A stretch of DNA of 64,000 nt from contig JBBRNJ010000012.1 in assembly GCA_038230375.1 (NCBI GenBank), positions 32,001-96,000 on the forward strand, in the 5' to 3' direction. Made by a program: the position numbers and the translations under genes. Source of the stretch: Polyangiales bacterium. GTDB taxonomy: Bacteria > Myxococcota_A > Polyangia > Polyangiales > Polyangiaceae. The notes beneath the pieces were generated by a model. That model was not told the DNA's origin, ran no database searches, and worked only from the letters and a program-made list of their open reading frames with translations. Positions 40,810 to 51,151 of the stretch are shown here, piece by piece (positions within the stretch are counted from its first letter, which is position 1; each line of letters begins with the position of its first letter).

Positions 40810-42173
40810 TTCTCGTGCAGGCCGTACTTGTGGAGCTTCTCGATCAGCGCAGGACGCGACACGCCCAGCCGCCGCGCCGTCTCGCTCTGGTTCTTCTGCG
40901 CGGCCTCGAACTCCGCAGAGATGATGGAGCGCTCGAACGCCTCCACCCGCGCGCGCAGCGGATGGCTCGGTCCAGGATCCGAGCTGGGCATCTGGGTCCC
41001 CGGCGAGCTCTGCGCGCCCGGCTCCGCAAGCGAGTGCCACAGCGCGAGCGTGAGCTTGTCGTCGGGCGTGAGAGCCAGGAGCCGCGCGACTGTGTTCTCC
41101 AACTCACGAACGTTGCCCGGCCACGGATGCGTCTTCATCGCAGAGACCAGGTTGGGCTCCACCTCCACGCGACCCATGCCGTAGCGCTCGGCGTAGGTGC
41201 GCACGAAAGCGGCGACCAGCGGCGCGATGTCCTCGGCACGCTCGCGCAGCGGCGGTACGCGCAGCGGCACCACGTTGAGGCGATAGAACAGATCTTCGCG
41301 GAACCGACCTGCCTTCACCTCCGCGGTCAGATCGCGGTTCGTGGCAGCGACCAGGCGCACGTCCACGATCTCTGGCTTGCCACCGACGGGCTGCACCTCT
41401 CCCGACTGCATCGCGCGGAGGATCTTCGCCTGGATGGGCAGTGGGAGCTCGCCGATCTCGTCGATGAAGAGCGTGCCCAGGTGGGCCTGCTGGAAGTAGC
41501 CGTCGCGTGCGCTCTGCGCTCCGGTGAACGCGCCCTTCGTGTGCCCGAAGAGCTCGGACTCGGCCAGCTCCGCGGGAATGGCCGCCGCGTTGAAGCGGAT
41601 GAACGCCTTGTCGGAGCGTCGCGAGTGCGCGTGGATCGCCGCCGCCGCGACCTCCTTGCCAGAGCCGCTCTCACCGGTGATGAGAATGGTGACGTCCTTG
41701 GGAGCCACGCGGCTGATCACGTCCAGGAGGCGCTTGAACGCGGGGCTCTCGCCGACGATCGGGCGTCCGAGCGACGCCTGCGTGCGGAGCCGCGCGTTCT
41801 CCATTCGCAGCGCGCGTGTCTCGATCCCGCGAAGGACGGTGAGCACGAGCTCCTCGGGATCGAACGGCTTCGGCAGATAGTCGAATGCGCCCGCCTTCAT
41901 GGCCGCGACGGCCACGCGCTCGGAGCCGTGCGCGGTGAGGATCAGCACGGGGACGCTCGGGTCCTGCACGTGAATGGTCCGGAGCACCGCCATGCCATCC
42001 ACGTTCGGCATGGCAAGGTCCGTGAGGACGACGTCTGCGCCCTTGTCCTCGAACGCCGCGATGCCAGCCGCGCCGCCATCCGCGAGCGTGACGTCCAGGT
42101 CGGCGTCCGAGAGCACGGCATCGAGCGTGAACCGGATCGCCGCGTCGTCGTCGATGACGAGTACTCGTCTCAT
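40806..42173 (-). CDS. NtrC-type sigma54-dependent response regulator
   Basis: REC (VIDDD, TDLAMP, TAHG, KPF); AAA+ GESGSGKE, GAFTGA, DEIGE, WPGNVREL; Fis-type HTH. Confidence 0.95.
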   Translation of the reverse strand: MRRVLVIDDDAAIRFTLDAVLSDADLDVTLADGGAAGIAAFEDKGADVVLTDLAMPNVDGMAVLRTIHVQDPSVPVLILTAHGSERVAVAAMKAGAFDYLPKPFDPEELVLTVLRGIETRALRMENARLRTQASLGRPIVGESPAFKRLLDVISRVAPKDVTILITGESGSGKEVAAAAIHAHSRRSDKAFIRFNAAAIPAELAESELFGHTKGAFTGAQSARDGYFQQAHLGTLFIDEIGELPLPIQAKILRAMQSGEVQPVGGKPEIVDVRLVAATNRDLTAEVKAGRFREDLFYRLNVVPLRVPPLRERAEDIAPLVAAFVRTYAERYGMGRVEVEPNLVSAMKTHPWPGNVRELENTVARLLALTPDDKLTLALWHSLAEPGAQSSPGTQMPSSDPGPSHPLRARVEAFERSIISAEFEAAQKNQSETARRLGVSRPALIEKLHKYGLHEK

Positions 42174-43582
42174 ACCTTGGCGACGGTTTGTACCACAGCA
42201 TCCCTCGGAACGATGTTGCCGTGCTTCTCTGCCGGCTCTTCGTCGTGCGCGGGATTCGGAAGGCGTTGCGCTCGCGCTGCAGAAAGGGCGCTGGGCGGCA
42301 GGTCGCAGTGGACCTTGGTGCCTTTGCCGGGCGTGCTCTCGAAGCGCACCATGCCGCCGTGCTGTTCGATCAGGCCGCGCGCGATCGCGACGCCAAGGCC
42401 AGCGCCGCTCTTCTTCGTGGAGAAGTACGGGCGCTTGATGCGCTCCACCACGTCGGGGCCCATGCCGCAGCCGTGGTCCTGCACCTCGATGTGGGCGGCG
42501 CCGTCCGCGGACTTGCCGATCTCGATGCGCACGGTGCTGCCGCTCCTGGACGCCTGGATCGCATTGAGCACGAAGTTGAGCAGCACCTGGCGGAGCTTGC
42601 GTCGGTCTGCGGCGATCGAGAGGTCGGGGTTGCCCTTCACCTCGAGCGTCACGCCGGACTCGGCCGCGGACATCTCCAGAAGCGAGGTGATCTCCTTCGC
42701 GACCTCGTGCGGCTTCACCTCTTCGATCTTGAGGTCCTCGAGCCCGCGCGAGAAGGACAGGAAGCCATCCACGATCTGCTGCAGGCGCTCCGCCTCGGTC
42801 TTCACGAGCCCGAGTCGCTCTCGCAGCTTCTCGTCCTGGACGTTGCTGCACACGTGCGCGGACATGCCGCGGATCGCGGCCAGCGGGTTCTTCACCTCGT
42901 GCGCGAGCCTCGCCGCGATGCTCTCCATGGAGCGCGTGCGCTCTTCGCTCTCGCAGTACAGCTCTTCTCTGTGATCGGCCAGCTCCAGCGCGACGCGCTC
43001 GTAGACGCTCGTGATGTGCGACGACATCTTCTTCACCACGACGACAGTGAAGATGACGGATGCGAGCGAGAGCCCCACGTACTCGCGGCTGGACCAGTCC
43101 CCCATGGGCGCGAGCGGCGCGGTGAGCGACCCCATGCACGTGTGCGAGAGGAACGCGGTGAACAGGAAGCCGCCCAGAAGCATCTTGAAGTACAGCTTGC
43201 GCCAGCCCACGAACGCTGGGTTCATCACCATGCCGAGCGCCATCGGGATGCAGGTGATGAGCAGCGGGCTCGCGAGCCCACCGGTGTTCAGGAGCGCCGC
43301 GAAGTACGCGATGAGGCTCATCGACGTCAAGACGCGTGGGGCAGACTCGCGCGAGACGCGGACCGTGAGCATCACGAGGCTCCACACGATCACGCCGAGC
43401 TGCACCCAGCAGCGGATGGGCGGCGCACCACGGAAGTAGAGCAGCGCGAGCACCGCGACGTGGAACGGCATGATCCACGCCATGCGCCACCGCTGCGCCT
43501 TGTTCACGCTGTCCGAAAAGACCTGCACGGACAGCGCGTGATACCGCCGCTTGCGGTCCTCCTTGGCGCGCGCTGCCTGCAT
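42170..43582 (-). CDS. Membrane sensor histidine kinase
   Basis: About 5 TM segments; AHEVKNPL, NAIQA, DHGCG, GAGLG. The start is uncertain (43582, 43591 or further upstream). Confidence 0.92.
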   Translation of the reverse strand: MQAARAKEDRKRRYHALSVQVFSDSVNKAQRWRMAWIMPFHVAVLALLYFRGAPPIRCWVQLGVIVWSLVMLTVRVSRESAPRVLTSMSLIAYFAALLNTGGLASPLLITCIPMALGMVMNPAFVGWRKLYFKMLLGGFLFTAFLSHTCMGSLTAPLAPMGDWSSREYVGLSLASVIFTVVVVKKMSSHITSVYERVALELADHREELYCESEERTRSMESIAARLAHEVKNPLAAIRGMSAHVCSNVQDEKLRERLGLVKTEAERLQQIVDGFLSFSRGLEDLKIEEVKPHEVAKEITSLLEMSAAESGVTLEVKGNPDLSIAADRRKLRQVLLNFVLNAIQASRSGSTVRIEIGKSADGAAHIEVQDHGCGMGPDVVERIKRPYFSTKKSGAGLGVAIARGLIEQHGGMVRFESTPGKGTKVHCDLPPSALSAARAQRLPNPAHDEEPAEKHGNIVPRDAVVQTVAKV

Positions 43583-43606
43583 GTCGTTCACGAGGAGCAA
43601 TCTCCG

Positions 43607-43622
43607 TGCAACAAATTCCCCA
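43607..43622 (-). promoter_or_regulatory. Candidate sigma54 -24/-12 promoter for the HK-RR operon
   Basis: Minus strand TGGGGAATTTGTTGCA = GG-N10-GC with TTGCA at -12. Confidence 0.4.
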
Positions 43623-43794
43623 CCCGTCATTGTTGCATGTAATTGCCCCCGGACTGCAAACAAGCCCTGTTTTCAGGCGCTCGTCGCATCACCCCCGCAT
43701 CACCGCCGCGTCAGTTGGACGCCACATCATGTCCGGTTTCCGACAAGCGCAACGCGTCACTACACACAGGAGGCCGCGTGTACTGCTCGTTTGA

Positions 43795-45147
43795 CTAGGC
43801 GCGCTGCTTGGCCGTGCGTCGCGCGATGAGCCCGAGCACCGCGACCATGCCGAGCCCCATCGCCTTCCACGGCACGGGCTTCGACGGGTCGGGAGTCGGA
43901 TTGGACGCAGGCGCCATGGAGCAGCCACTCGTGGTCGTGGTCGTGGCATTGTTCGTCGGACCGGCGTCCGAGGCCGCGAGGCACAGCAGCGCGCCCGGAT
44001 CGCATGCGAAGCCAGCGGGGCAGCTGGTCGCGTCGCCGACCGTGCAGGCCTGCGTGCACGCGAAGTTCTTCCCGTCCGCCGAGTAGCACTGCTTCGACTT
44101 GCACTGTGAATCCAGCGAGCAGGTGTCGCCAAAGCCCTTGGTGCCGCCGCTGCTGCCCGCGCCGCCATCCTTGCCCGCAGGGCCGCCGCCTCCCACGCAC
44201 ATCGGCGGAGGCGAGTAGACCGTCCAGTCCGGCGTGGGCTTCGGGTACAGCGTCCAGTTCGACGACGCGGTCCCGGCAGTCTGCACGATGAGGTCGCGCC
44301 AGGCGTCGACGCGCGTGTAGATGCTGCCGACGCAGCTCGCGCCGTCCATGCTCACGCCACCGCGCGAGAGCACGCCCATGGAGACGAACACGCCCTGGTC
44401 GAACTTGTCTTGCTCCCATGCGCTGGAGCCCGAATCGCCCTGGCAGGTGCCGTCACCGCCGAGGAACTCGTTGTCCGTGAACTCGTTCGCGGGCGCCCCG
44501 AGCTTCTTGCAGTCGATCGAGCAGTCACCAGGGATGCACACGGTGTCGATGTTCTTCTTGATGCGCCGCGTTCCGGAGTCGTTGCCGTTGGGCGACGTGA
44601 TGCCGAAGCCGATCCCGGTGAATCCAGAGTTGGAGTTGTAGTGATCCTGATCCGTCAGCGAGTAGCCAGTGTTCGGGATGGCAGGAACGGCCTCGCTCGA
44701 CGGGACCATGTCCGACAGGATGAGGATGGAGATGTCGTTGCCACAGACGCCCGTGGGCGTGGGCGTGATGATCTGCTTCACGACGTGCTGCTTCGCCTTG
44801 AGGCCCGGCATCGTGGAGCTGGTCGTGACGATGAAGTCGCTTGGCTGGCCGAGACGCGCGCCGAACTTGCTCGTCGCGCAGTCGATCATCTCGGTCGTGT
44901 TCTCGACGCAGTGGCGCGCGCTGATGACCATGTTCGGAAGGATGAGTGCGCCGCTGCACGTCAGCTGACACTGGTTCCCCGAGAGCCCGCCGCACACGCC
45001 GACCACGAACGAGTGCCCCGTGTCGGTCGCGCCTCCCTGGATGTCCTGCGTGGTCACTCCGAGCTTCTCCGTCGGTCGATTCGACGAGCAAGCGACCAGG
45101 ATGGCGGTGAGCGAGAGAGCAGCGGCGCCGAGGTGAAGTCTGGACAT
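43795..45147 (-). CDS. Trypsin-like (S1) serine protease lipoprotein with MYXO-CTERM-like tail
   Basis: Lipobox LVAC; IQGG activation-like site; SARHC, NDISI, GDSGS triad; Cys-rich module; tail SGCSMA...hydrophobic...RR. Confidence 0.88.
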   Translation of the reverse strand: MSRLHLGAAALSLTAILVACSSNRPTEKLGVTTQDIQGGATDTGHSFVVGVCGGLSGNQCQLTCSGALILPNMVISARHCVENTTEMIDCATSKFGARLGQPSDFIVTTSSTMPGLKAKQHVVKQIITPTPTGVCGNDISILILSDMVPSSEAVPAIPNTGYSLTDQDHYNSNSGFTGIGFGITSPNGNDSGTRRIKKNIDTVCIPGDCSIDCKKLGAPANEFTDNEFLGGDGTCQGDSGSSAWEQDKFDQGVFVSMGVLSRGGVSMDGASCVGSIYTRVDAWRDLIVQTAGTASSNWTLYPKPTPDWTVYSPPPMCVGGGGPAGKDGGAGSSGGTKGFGDTCSLDSQCKSKQCYSADGKNFACTQACTVGDATSCPAGFACDPGALLCLAASDAGPTNNATTTTTSGCSMAPASNPTPDPSKPVPWKAMGLGMVAVLGLIARRTAKQRA

Positions 45148-45340
45148 CGCGGAAGTTCTACGAGAAGGCCGCAAATCGGCAATGCCCAAATGCACCTGGA
45201 AATTGCCGTCCGCACTGTTTCCGCGTCGGAAATCGACGGCACGCCAGCGTTCGTCCGTGCCCGCATGAGTCCGGGAACCTTCGCCGCAAATTTTCCCGTT
45301 CACGTCCTTCCGTGGCCTGATTCGCGACGTGGAGGCCACG

Positions 45341-46177
45341 ATGCGCACGCTTGTCTCGATTTCAGTCGCTTCGATGATGATGTTGGTTGGCTCCTTGGCG
45401 TTTGCCCAGGGTGAGCCTGCCGGGACCGGCGGCACCGCGGGCGGAACGGCCGGGGTTGGTGGGACTGCCACCGTCACGCCGCCCCCGCCGCCCCCGCCGC
45501 CCGAGCATCACGAGGGTCACCATCCCGCGGCCGCGCCTGCCGATGACACGCCAGACCACGAGCGCGTCATCAAGAAGTTCGCGATCGGCTACATGGGGTT
45601 CACCCAGGTCCCGCTCACCATCAACGAGACCGTCGCCGCTCCGATCATCGGCGCGCGCTACTGGCTCGGCGACCGCATGGGCGTCGATGTCGGCCTTGGC
45701 TTCGGCATCAAGGGCGGCTCCTCCGACAACACGCCCGCCACCGGCCCCAAGACCACGACCGATCAGGCCACCGCCTGGGCCTTCGCGGTGCACGCGGGCG
45801 TCCCGCTCACGCCCGCCTGGGGCAAGCACTACACGCTGCTCCTCATCCCGGAGCTCAACTTCGGCTACGGGGGCCGCAGCATCAAGCCACCGGGGGGCTC
45901 TCCCGCGAACACCCCGAACATCGATCAGAACGGCGCGCGGTTCGAGATCGGCGCACGCGCCGGTGCGGAGGTCCACTTCGGCTTCATCGGTGTGCCCGAG
46001 CTCTCGCTCCAGGCGACGATCGGGCTCGGATTCCAGAACAACCAGATATGGGCAAACAACGTCGCCGGCGCGAACACCTCCTCGGCCGCGCACACGTACA
46101 CGTTCACGACGTCCGTGGATCAGGCGCCCTGGGCCATCTTCACGAACAACATCTCCGCCCTGTACTATTTCCCCTGA
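45341..46177 (+). CDS. Probable outer-membrane beta-barrel protein
   Basis: Signal (AFA); Pro/His-rich linker; alternating amphipathic strands (IGARYW, VDVGLGFG, GAEVHF); C-terminus ALYYFP. Confidence 0.65.
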   Translation: MRTLVSISVASMMMLVGSLAFAQGEPAGTGGTAGGTAGVGGTATVTPPPPPPPPEHHEGHHPAAAPADDTPDHERVIKKFAIGYMGFTQVPLTINETVAAPIIGARYWLGDRMGVDVGLGFGIKGGSSDNTPATGPKTTTDQATAWAFAVHAGVPLTPAWGKHYTLLLIPELNFGYGGRSIKPPGGSPANTPNIDQNGARFEIGARAGAEVHFGFIGVPELSLQATIGLGFQNNQIWANNVAGANTSSAAHTYTFTTSVDQAPWAIFTNNISALYYFP

Positions 46178-46186
46178 GAGGCCAGA

Positions 46187-46483
46187 ATGACCCATATGCA
46201 CGGTCTTTCCTCTGCCAAGATCGCGGTGGCCCTCGCCGCGATAGCGCTCGTCATCGTGGGATGCACGGCGGGCACGGATACAAATTACGTCACTGCGGGC
46301 TTCCAGGATCCTCCGCCCCCTGATCCGCTGCAGGACGGGCTCTCGGGCACGCCTCAGAGCGGCGATCCCGCGCCCATCGTCCAGGGGCTCACGCTGCCAA
46401 CGACCTCACAGCAAACCGGCGGCGGCGATGGAAACGGTCAGGGGCAGGGGAAGACGCCCGCCAGTAAAGACGGCGGCGGTTAG
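46187..46483 (+). CDS. Small low-complexity lipoprotein
   Basis: Lipobox IVGC; Pro/Gly/Gln-rich mature part; 9 nt downstream of the barrel gene. Confidence 0.6.
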   Translation: MTHMHGLSSAKIAVALAAIALVIVGCTAGTDTNYVTAGFQDPPPPDPLQDGLSGTPQSGDPAPIVQGLTLPTTSQQTGGGDGNGQGQGKTPASKDGGG

Positions 46484-46515
46484 CGTGTCCGGAGCGGTCG
46501 CGCCGGCCGCTTGCT

Positions 46516-47370
46516 CTAGGGCGCGAACTCCGGGTTGAAGTTGCTCGTGACAAGTCCACGCTCTTGCGCGCGTCGGAACATCTCGGTGATGGCGCGTCGC
46601 GCGTCTTCCTTCATCTCTCGCGTGTCCTCGTTCGCGTACATGTCCAGGTAGCGGTCGAGCAGCGCGCGGTCGATGCTCACGCCGGGCCTTGTTTCCTCGC
46701 GCAAAAGCCCTTCCATCACCTCTTCGCGGTGCGCGAGCGACCACGCGATCGATCGGCGACAGAGGTCGGAGACCTTGCGGATCAGCGCGTCGCCGAGTCC
46801 GCGCCGGATCGCATTGCCACCGAGCGGCAGCGGCAGGCCACCCGTCTCCTTTGCCCACGCCTCGCCTATGTCCAGGACCTTCACGAAGCCCTCGCGCTCG
46901 AAGGTCAGGCGGCCCTCGTGGATGAGGAGCGCGAAGTCGACCTCGTGATTGCGCAGCGACTCGAAGGCGCGTGTGTACGGATCGATCGGCACGACCACGG
47001 GCACAAACGCGGGCGCGAGCAGGCGCAGGATCAGGAACGCCGTCGTGCGCTCGCCTGGAATCCCCACGCGCTTTCCTTCCAGCGCAGAGAGCGGTGCTGC
47101 CTTCTCCGCCACCACGACCGGCCCGTAGCCACGTCCCACGGACGCGCCATGCGGCAGGAGCAGATACTTGTCCGAGATCCGCGGAAGCGCGCCCATCGAT
47201 ACCGCGATCACGTCGACCTCGCCGTTCTCCGCGCGGCGGTTCAATGTCTCCGTGTCGGCGCGCTCGGCCTCGAACACGAGTCCTTCCGTGTCGATCTTCC
47301 CGCGGAGAAGGGGCCAGAACATGAAGATGTCGTCGCTGTCGGGCGAGAACGCGAGGCGGATAGGTTGCAT
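46516..47370 (-). CDS. mqnD: 1,4-dihydroxy-6-naphthoate synthase (futalosine menaquinone pathway)
   Basis: SPDSDDIFMF, ETLN, GRGYGP, PGERTTA, LLIHEGRLTF, GLPLPLG, YAN. The start is ATG 47370 or the preceding GTG 47373. Confidence 0.85.
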   Translation of the reverse strand: MQPIRLAFSPDSDDIFMFWPLLRGKIDTEGLVFEAERADTETLNRRAENGEVDVIAVSMGALPRISDKYLLLPHGASVGRGYGPVVVAEKAAPLSALEGKRVGIPGERTTAFLILRLLAPAFVPVVVPIDPYTRAFESLRNHEVDFALLIHEGRLTFEREGFVKVLDIGEAWAKETGGLPLPLGGNAIRRGLGDALIRKVSDLCRRSIAWSLAHREEVMEGLLREETRPGVSIDRALLDRYLDMYANEDTREMKEDARRAITEMFRRAQERGLVTSNFNPEFAP

Positions 47371-47399
47371 CACGGGCGGGATGGTAGGCTCCGCGCGCC

Positions 47400-48260
47400 T
47401 TGAAAAAAAGGACGGTGTGGATCTTCGTGGGAGGCGTGGGTGTGGTGCTCGCCGCGCTCGCGATCGCGCAGGCCGTTCGCGCACTCCGGACGGAGGCGCC
47501 CCAGGCGAGCTGTACCGAGGGCTTCGTCGCGCGTGGCACGCGCTGCTGCATCGGTGACGCGGAGGGCCGCCACGATACGTGTATTGTACATGCTTGCCGC
47601 GCGCCGTACGTTCTGAGCGGGGACGGTGCGCTGTGCGATGCGCCGGACCTCAAGATCAGGATCCCCCTCACCGAGGTGATGGTCGGGCCATCGGACTGGG
47701 AGGCGGAGGGCCGCGTCCCTCCGCGTCAGGTGCGCGCGGGGCCGTTCGACATCGATGCGTTCGAGGTCACGGACGCCAAGCTGCGATGTCCGTCCTGCCT
47801 GCATCCCTCCGCGTCGTTCGATGCAGCGGATGCGGCGCGCGCGGCGTCGAACGTCACAAGAACCGAAGCCGCCGACTTCTGTCGTCAACGCGGGGGCCGC
47901 CTGCCCACGGACGATGAGTGGCTCGTTGCGGCGACTGGCGCGCAGGGCAAACGCTACCCATGGGGCGACACCGGCGCCGTCTGCAGGCGCGCCGCGTTCG
48001 GGCTGCTCGCAGGGCCATGCGGCACGGGCGCGACAGGTCCCGACACGGTGGGCGCGCATCCACTGGGCGACACGCCGCTGGGCGTGCACGACCTCGCGGG
48101 CAACGTCGCGGAGTGGGTGGCCTCGGACAGGCCGACGGTGCGCGGCGGCTCCTGGAAGACAGGCCTGGCCACGGAGCTCCGTACGTGGGCGAAGGAAGAG
48201 CTCGCGTCCGAGGGCGTGCGTGATCCCCGTGTCGGTTTCCGATGCGTGTATGCTCCGTGA
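47400..48260 (+). CDS. FGE-sulfatase (SUMF1) fold protein, membrane-anchored/secreted
   Basis: FDIDAFEVT, FC..RGGRLPTDDEW, YPWG, GVHDLAGNVAEW, RGGSW, GFRC. Confidence 0.85.
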   Translation: MKKRTVWIFVGGVGVVLAALAIAQAVRALRTEAPQASCTEGFVARGTRCCIGDAEGRHDTCIVHACRAPYVLSGDGALCDAPDLKIRIPLTEVMVGPSDWEAEGRVPPRQVRAGPFDIDAFEVTDAKLRCPSCLHPSASFDAADAARAASNVTRTEAADFCRQRGGRLPTDDEWLVAATGAQGKRYPWGDTGAVCRRAAFGLLAGPCGTGATGPDTVGAHPLGDTPLGVHDLAGNVAEWVASDRPTVRGGSWKTGLATELRTWAKEELASEGVRDPRVGFRCVYAP

Positions 48261-48279
48261 TCCCTCCGGAGGTGCAATC

Positions 48280-49521
48280 TTGTCGTGTGCGGTCTTCTGC
48301 ATCGGCACCGAGCTCACGCGCGGCGAGCTCACCAACTCCAATGCGTCGTGGCTCTCGACCCGCCTGACGGAGCTCGGCTTCGAGGTGACGGAGCACGTCG
48401 TCGTGGACGACGATGCTGCGCGCATCAAGGACTCGTTCCTCAGGCTGATGCGCACGCACACGATCGTGGTGGCCACGGGTGGTCTCGGCCCCACGTCGGA
48501 CGATCTCACCACGGTCACCATCGCAGAGGCGCTCAAAAGGCCGATCGTCCGCGACCAGGATTCGTTCGAGAGCATTCGCCAGCGCTTCGAGAAGCTCGGT
48601 CGCACCATGAGCGAGTCGAACGCGAAACAGGCTGATTTTCCCGATGGCGCGACGATCCTCCCGAACCCCGTCGGCACCGCGCCTGGCTTCTGCGTGGAGC
48701 TCGGCTCCGCGCGCGGGTTCTTCATGCCGGGGGTCCCGCGCGAGATGAAGCGCATCTTCGAGGGCGAGGTTGTGCCCCGCATCCGCACGCTCGCACCCAA
48801 CGTGCACCACCAGGTGCGGCTGCGGACATTCGGTCTGCCGGAGAGCACCGTGGGCGACAAGCTGCGCGGGCTCGAGGAGGCGAACCCCGGGGTGATCATC
48901 GGCTACCGCGCGCACTTCCCCGAGATCGAGGTGAAGGTGCTGGCACGTGGCGACACGCATGGCACCGCGCGCGAGCTCTGCGACAAGGTGGCGGCGGAGG
49001 TGCGCGTGCGCCTCAGCGAAGTGCTGTACGGCGAGGGCGAGGAGTCGTACGCGAGCGTGCTCTCCCGGCAGCTCCGCGGAAAGGGGCTCACGCTCGCGAT
49101 CGCGGAGTCGTGCACGGGCGGCCTTGTCGGCAGCTTGCTCACCAAGGAGCCAGGCGCGAGCGAGTTCCTGCTCCTCGACGCGGTGACGTACGCCAACTCT
49201 GCCAAGACGCGCGTGCTCGGCGTGTCCGAGGACATCCTGCGCGGCCACGGCGCCGTGAGCGCGGAGGTGGCGGCGGCGATGGCGGAGGGCGCACGCCGCG
49301 TGTCCGGCGCGGATCTCGCGGTATCGATCACGGGCGTCGCGGGGCCCAGCGGCGGCTCGGAGGACAAGCCGGTGGGCACGGTGCATTTCGCGATCGCGAG
49401 CAAGCACGGCACGCGCACGGTGCAACGGCAGTTCGGGACCATCTTCGAGCGCTGGCAGATCCAGACGCTAGCGGCCTACGCCGCCATGAGCCTGCTCCAC
49501 GACGAAGCTAAAGAGCTCTGA
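48280..49521 (+). CDS. cinA: CinA: molybdopterin-binding-like domain + NMN deamidase (PncC) domain
   Basis: SD GGAGG before TTG; IGTEL, TGGLGPTSDDLT, GTAPG, PGVPREM; AESCTGG, GAVS, SITGVAGP, KPVGTV. Confidence 0.93.
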   Translation: MSCAVFCIGTELTRGELTNSNASWLSTRLTELGFEVTEHVVVDDDAARIKDSFLRLMRTHTIVVATGGLGPTSDDLTTVTIAEALKRPIVRDQDSFESIRQRFEKLGRTMSESNAKQADFPDGATILPNPVGTAPGFCVELGSARGFFMPGVPREMKRIFEGEVVPRIRTLAPNVHHQVRLRTFGLPESTVGDKLRGLEEANPGVIIGYRAHFPEIEVKVLARGDTHGTARELCDKVAAEVRVRLSEVLYGEGEESYASVLSRQLRGKGLTLAIAESCTGGLVGSLLTKEPGASEFLLLDAVTYANSAKTRVLGVSEDILRGHGAVSAEVAAAMAEGARRVSGADLAVSITGVAGPSGGSEDKPVGTVHFAIASKHGTRTVQRQFGTIFERWQIQTLAAYAAMSLLHDEAKEL

Positions 49522-49537
49522 GCAGCGCCGCGACGCT

Positions 49538-51151
49538 TCAGCCTGGGTCGAGCGTCACGTTGAGCGTCACTATGCCGCCCTCTCCGCCGGGCTTCCAGCC
49601 CTTTGCGGCTGCGTCGCGGAAGGCGTTGCCCACGCAGTCGACGATTCCGTCCTCGGCCACGTTGCTCACGTTCCGTTGCGCAATGGAGATCTCGCCGGAC
49701 TCCTGGATGAAGAGATCGATGAGCGCTACCTCGTGCTTCGTGACGCCACATCTCTGCGCCGCGGGCGTTGCATGGGACGTGAGCGTGGCAAGCGCAGCGG
49801 GCGTGACACGGCCTACGATCTTGGGAGGACCGAAGGAGACGCGGGTGCGGTGAAAGGTCGAGGTCGGGGTCGAGGTCGAGGTCGGGGTCGGGGTCGGGGT
49901 CGGGGTCGAGGTCGTGTCCGTTGCGTTTGCTCCGTCCCTCATCTTCAGCACCATGAACGCCGTTGCGGCCACGAGTACCAGCAGGCCCGCGCCTCCTGCC
50001 ATGCCGAATACCCACCCCATCCACGACGCGGCTGGCGCGGCGATCGACACGCCCACTGGCGGTGCTGCGCGGCCCGTGGAGGTGTCGAGCGCCATCGCGC
50101 GCGGCATTGGCGACATCATCGGCGGGGGCATTGGCGTGAGCAGCGGGCCCGACATCACCGGTTGAATCGCGTACGGCATGGCTGCTGGGATGGTCGGCGA
50201 CATCGCGGACGGATGTCCGGACATTGGCCGGGGCATTCCGCTGAGGTGCGTTGCGAGTGTCATGGCCGCGGAACCCGAGCTGGCTGCTCCGAGCGCGACG
50301 GCGAACGAGAGCGCGTCTGGCCATCTGGCGTCTCGATCGCGTGCGAGGCCGCGATCGATCACGTCGCCGAGATGGGGCGGAACGTGCGGCGCCAGCGACG
50401 CAAGCGGCGGGGCGCGCTGGGTGCGCACCATCACCACGAGATCCTCGTACGTCTGCGCTTCGAACGGCAGCCGCCCCGAGAGCACGTAGAAGAGCGTGGC
50501 CGCGACACCGTAGACGTCCGCGCGCAGATCGGCGCCTGCGGCGTTGCCGAACAGCTCCGGAGCCATGAAGCCCGGCGTTCCCATCGATGAGCCGGGCAGT
50601 GTCATCGAGCCCATGCTCGGGACCTTGCTGATCCCGAAGTCGAGGAGCCTCACGAAGTCCTTGCCCTCCCGCGGCGACACCAGCACGTTCGACGGCTTGA
50701 TGTCGCGATGCACGATGCCCTGCGCGTGCACCGCCGCGAGCCCCTCGAGCATCTGCTGCGCCAGATCCACTGCGCGCGCCGGCAGGAGCAGCCCCTGCTC
50801 GACCAGCTGCTGCAGGCTTTCGCCGTGCTCCAGCTCCATCACGACAAACCCCTCGGTCGAGTCGGCGATGCCCGCATCCAGGACGCGCACGACGTGAGGA
50901 TGGCGCACTGCGGACATCGCGCGGGCCTCGCCGACCAGACGCGCCGTGTCCACGGACTGCCCCTCGGAGGTTGGGCGAAGCACCTTCACCGCGACGCTGT
51001 CGCCGGTCATGGTGTGGCTTGCGCGGTAGACGGCGCCGAACGTCCCGCTGCCCAGGACCTCGAGCAGGTCGTAGCGGTCCAGGCGCCGAGGCAACGGGCG
51101 TGGACACGCCGCCTCTGCATGCACCATTCCGCATGAACGACACGCCGCCAT
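49538..51151 (-). CDS. Ser/Thr kinase with TM helix and C-terminal TonB-C/AgmX-like domain
   Basis: N-terminal CxxC...C ribbon; GSGTFG, VAVK, HRDIKPSN, DFG, GTPGFMAPE; TM helix; TP linker; AQRC...IVDCV alpha/beta domain. Confidence 0.9.
   Translation of the reverse strand: MAACRSCGMVHAEAACPRPLPRRLDRYDLLEVLGSGTFGAVYRASHTMTGDSVAVKVLRPTSEGQSVDTARLVGEARAMSAVRHPHVVRVLDAGIADSTEGFVVMELEHGESLQQLVEQGLLLPARAVDLAQQMLEGLAAVHAQGIVHRDIKPSNVLVSPREGKDFVRLLDFGISKVPSMGSMTLPGSSMGTPGFMAPELFGNAAGADLRADVYGVAATLFYVLSGRLPFEAQTYEDLVVMVRTQRAPPLASLAPHVPPHLGDVIDRGLARDRDARWPDALSFAVALGAASSGSAAMTLATHLSGMPRPMSGHPSAMSPTIPAAMPYAIQPVMSGPLLTPMPPPMMSPMPRAMALDTSTGRAAPPVGVSIAAPAASWMGWVFGMAGGAGLLVLVAATAFMVLKMRDGANATDTTSTPTPTPTPTSTSTPTSTFHRTRVSFGPPKIVGRVTPAALATLTSHATPAAQRCGVTKHEVALIDLFIQESGEISIAQRNVSNVAEDGIVDCVGNAFRDAAAKGWKPGGEGGIVTLNVTLDPG
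49856..49914 (-). repeat. Hexamer tandem repeat (GGTCGG/GGTCGA on + strand) encoding a Thr-Pro/Thr-Ser linker
   Basis: Directly visible; translates to TSTPTPTPTPTSTSTPTST in the kinase. Confidence 0.85.

Noticed and set aside
47400..48260. Active formylglycine-generating enzyme
   Set aside because: The catalytic Cys pair after RGGS is absent (RGGSWKTGLATEL) and no sulfatase is nearby; only the fold is supported.
49856..49914. Hexamer tandem array as a possible CRISPR or contingency locus
   Set aside because: There are no spacers or cas genes, and the unit is in frame and encodes a Thr-Pro linker.
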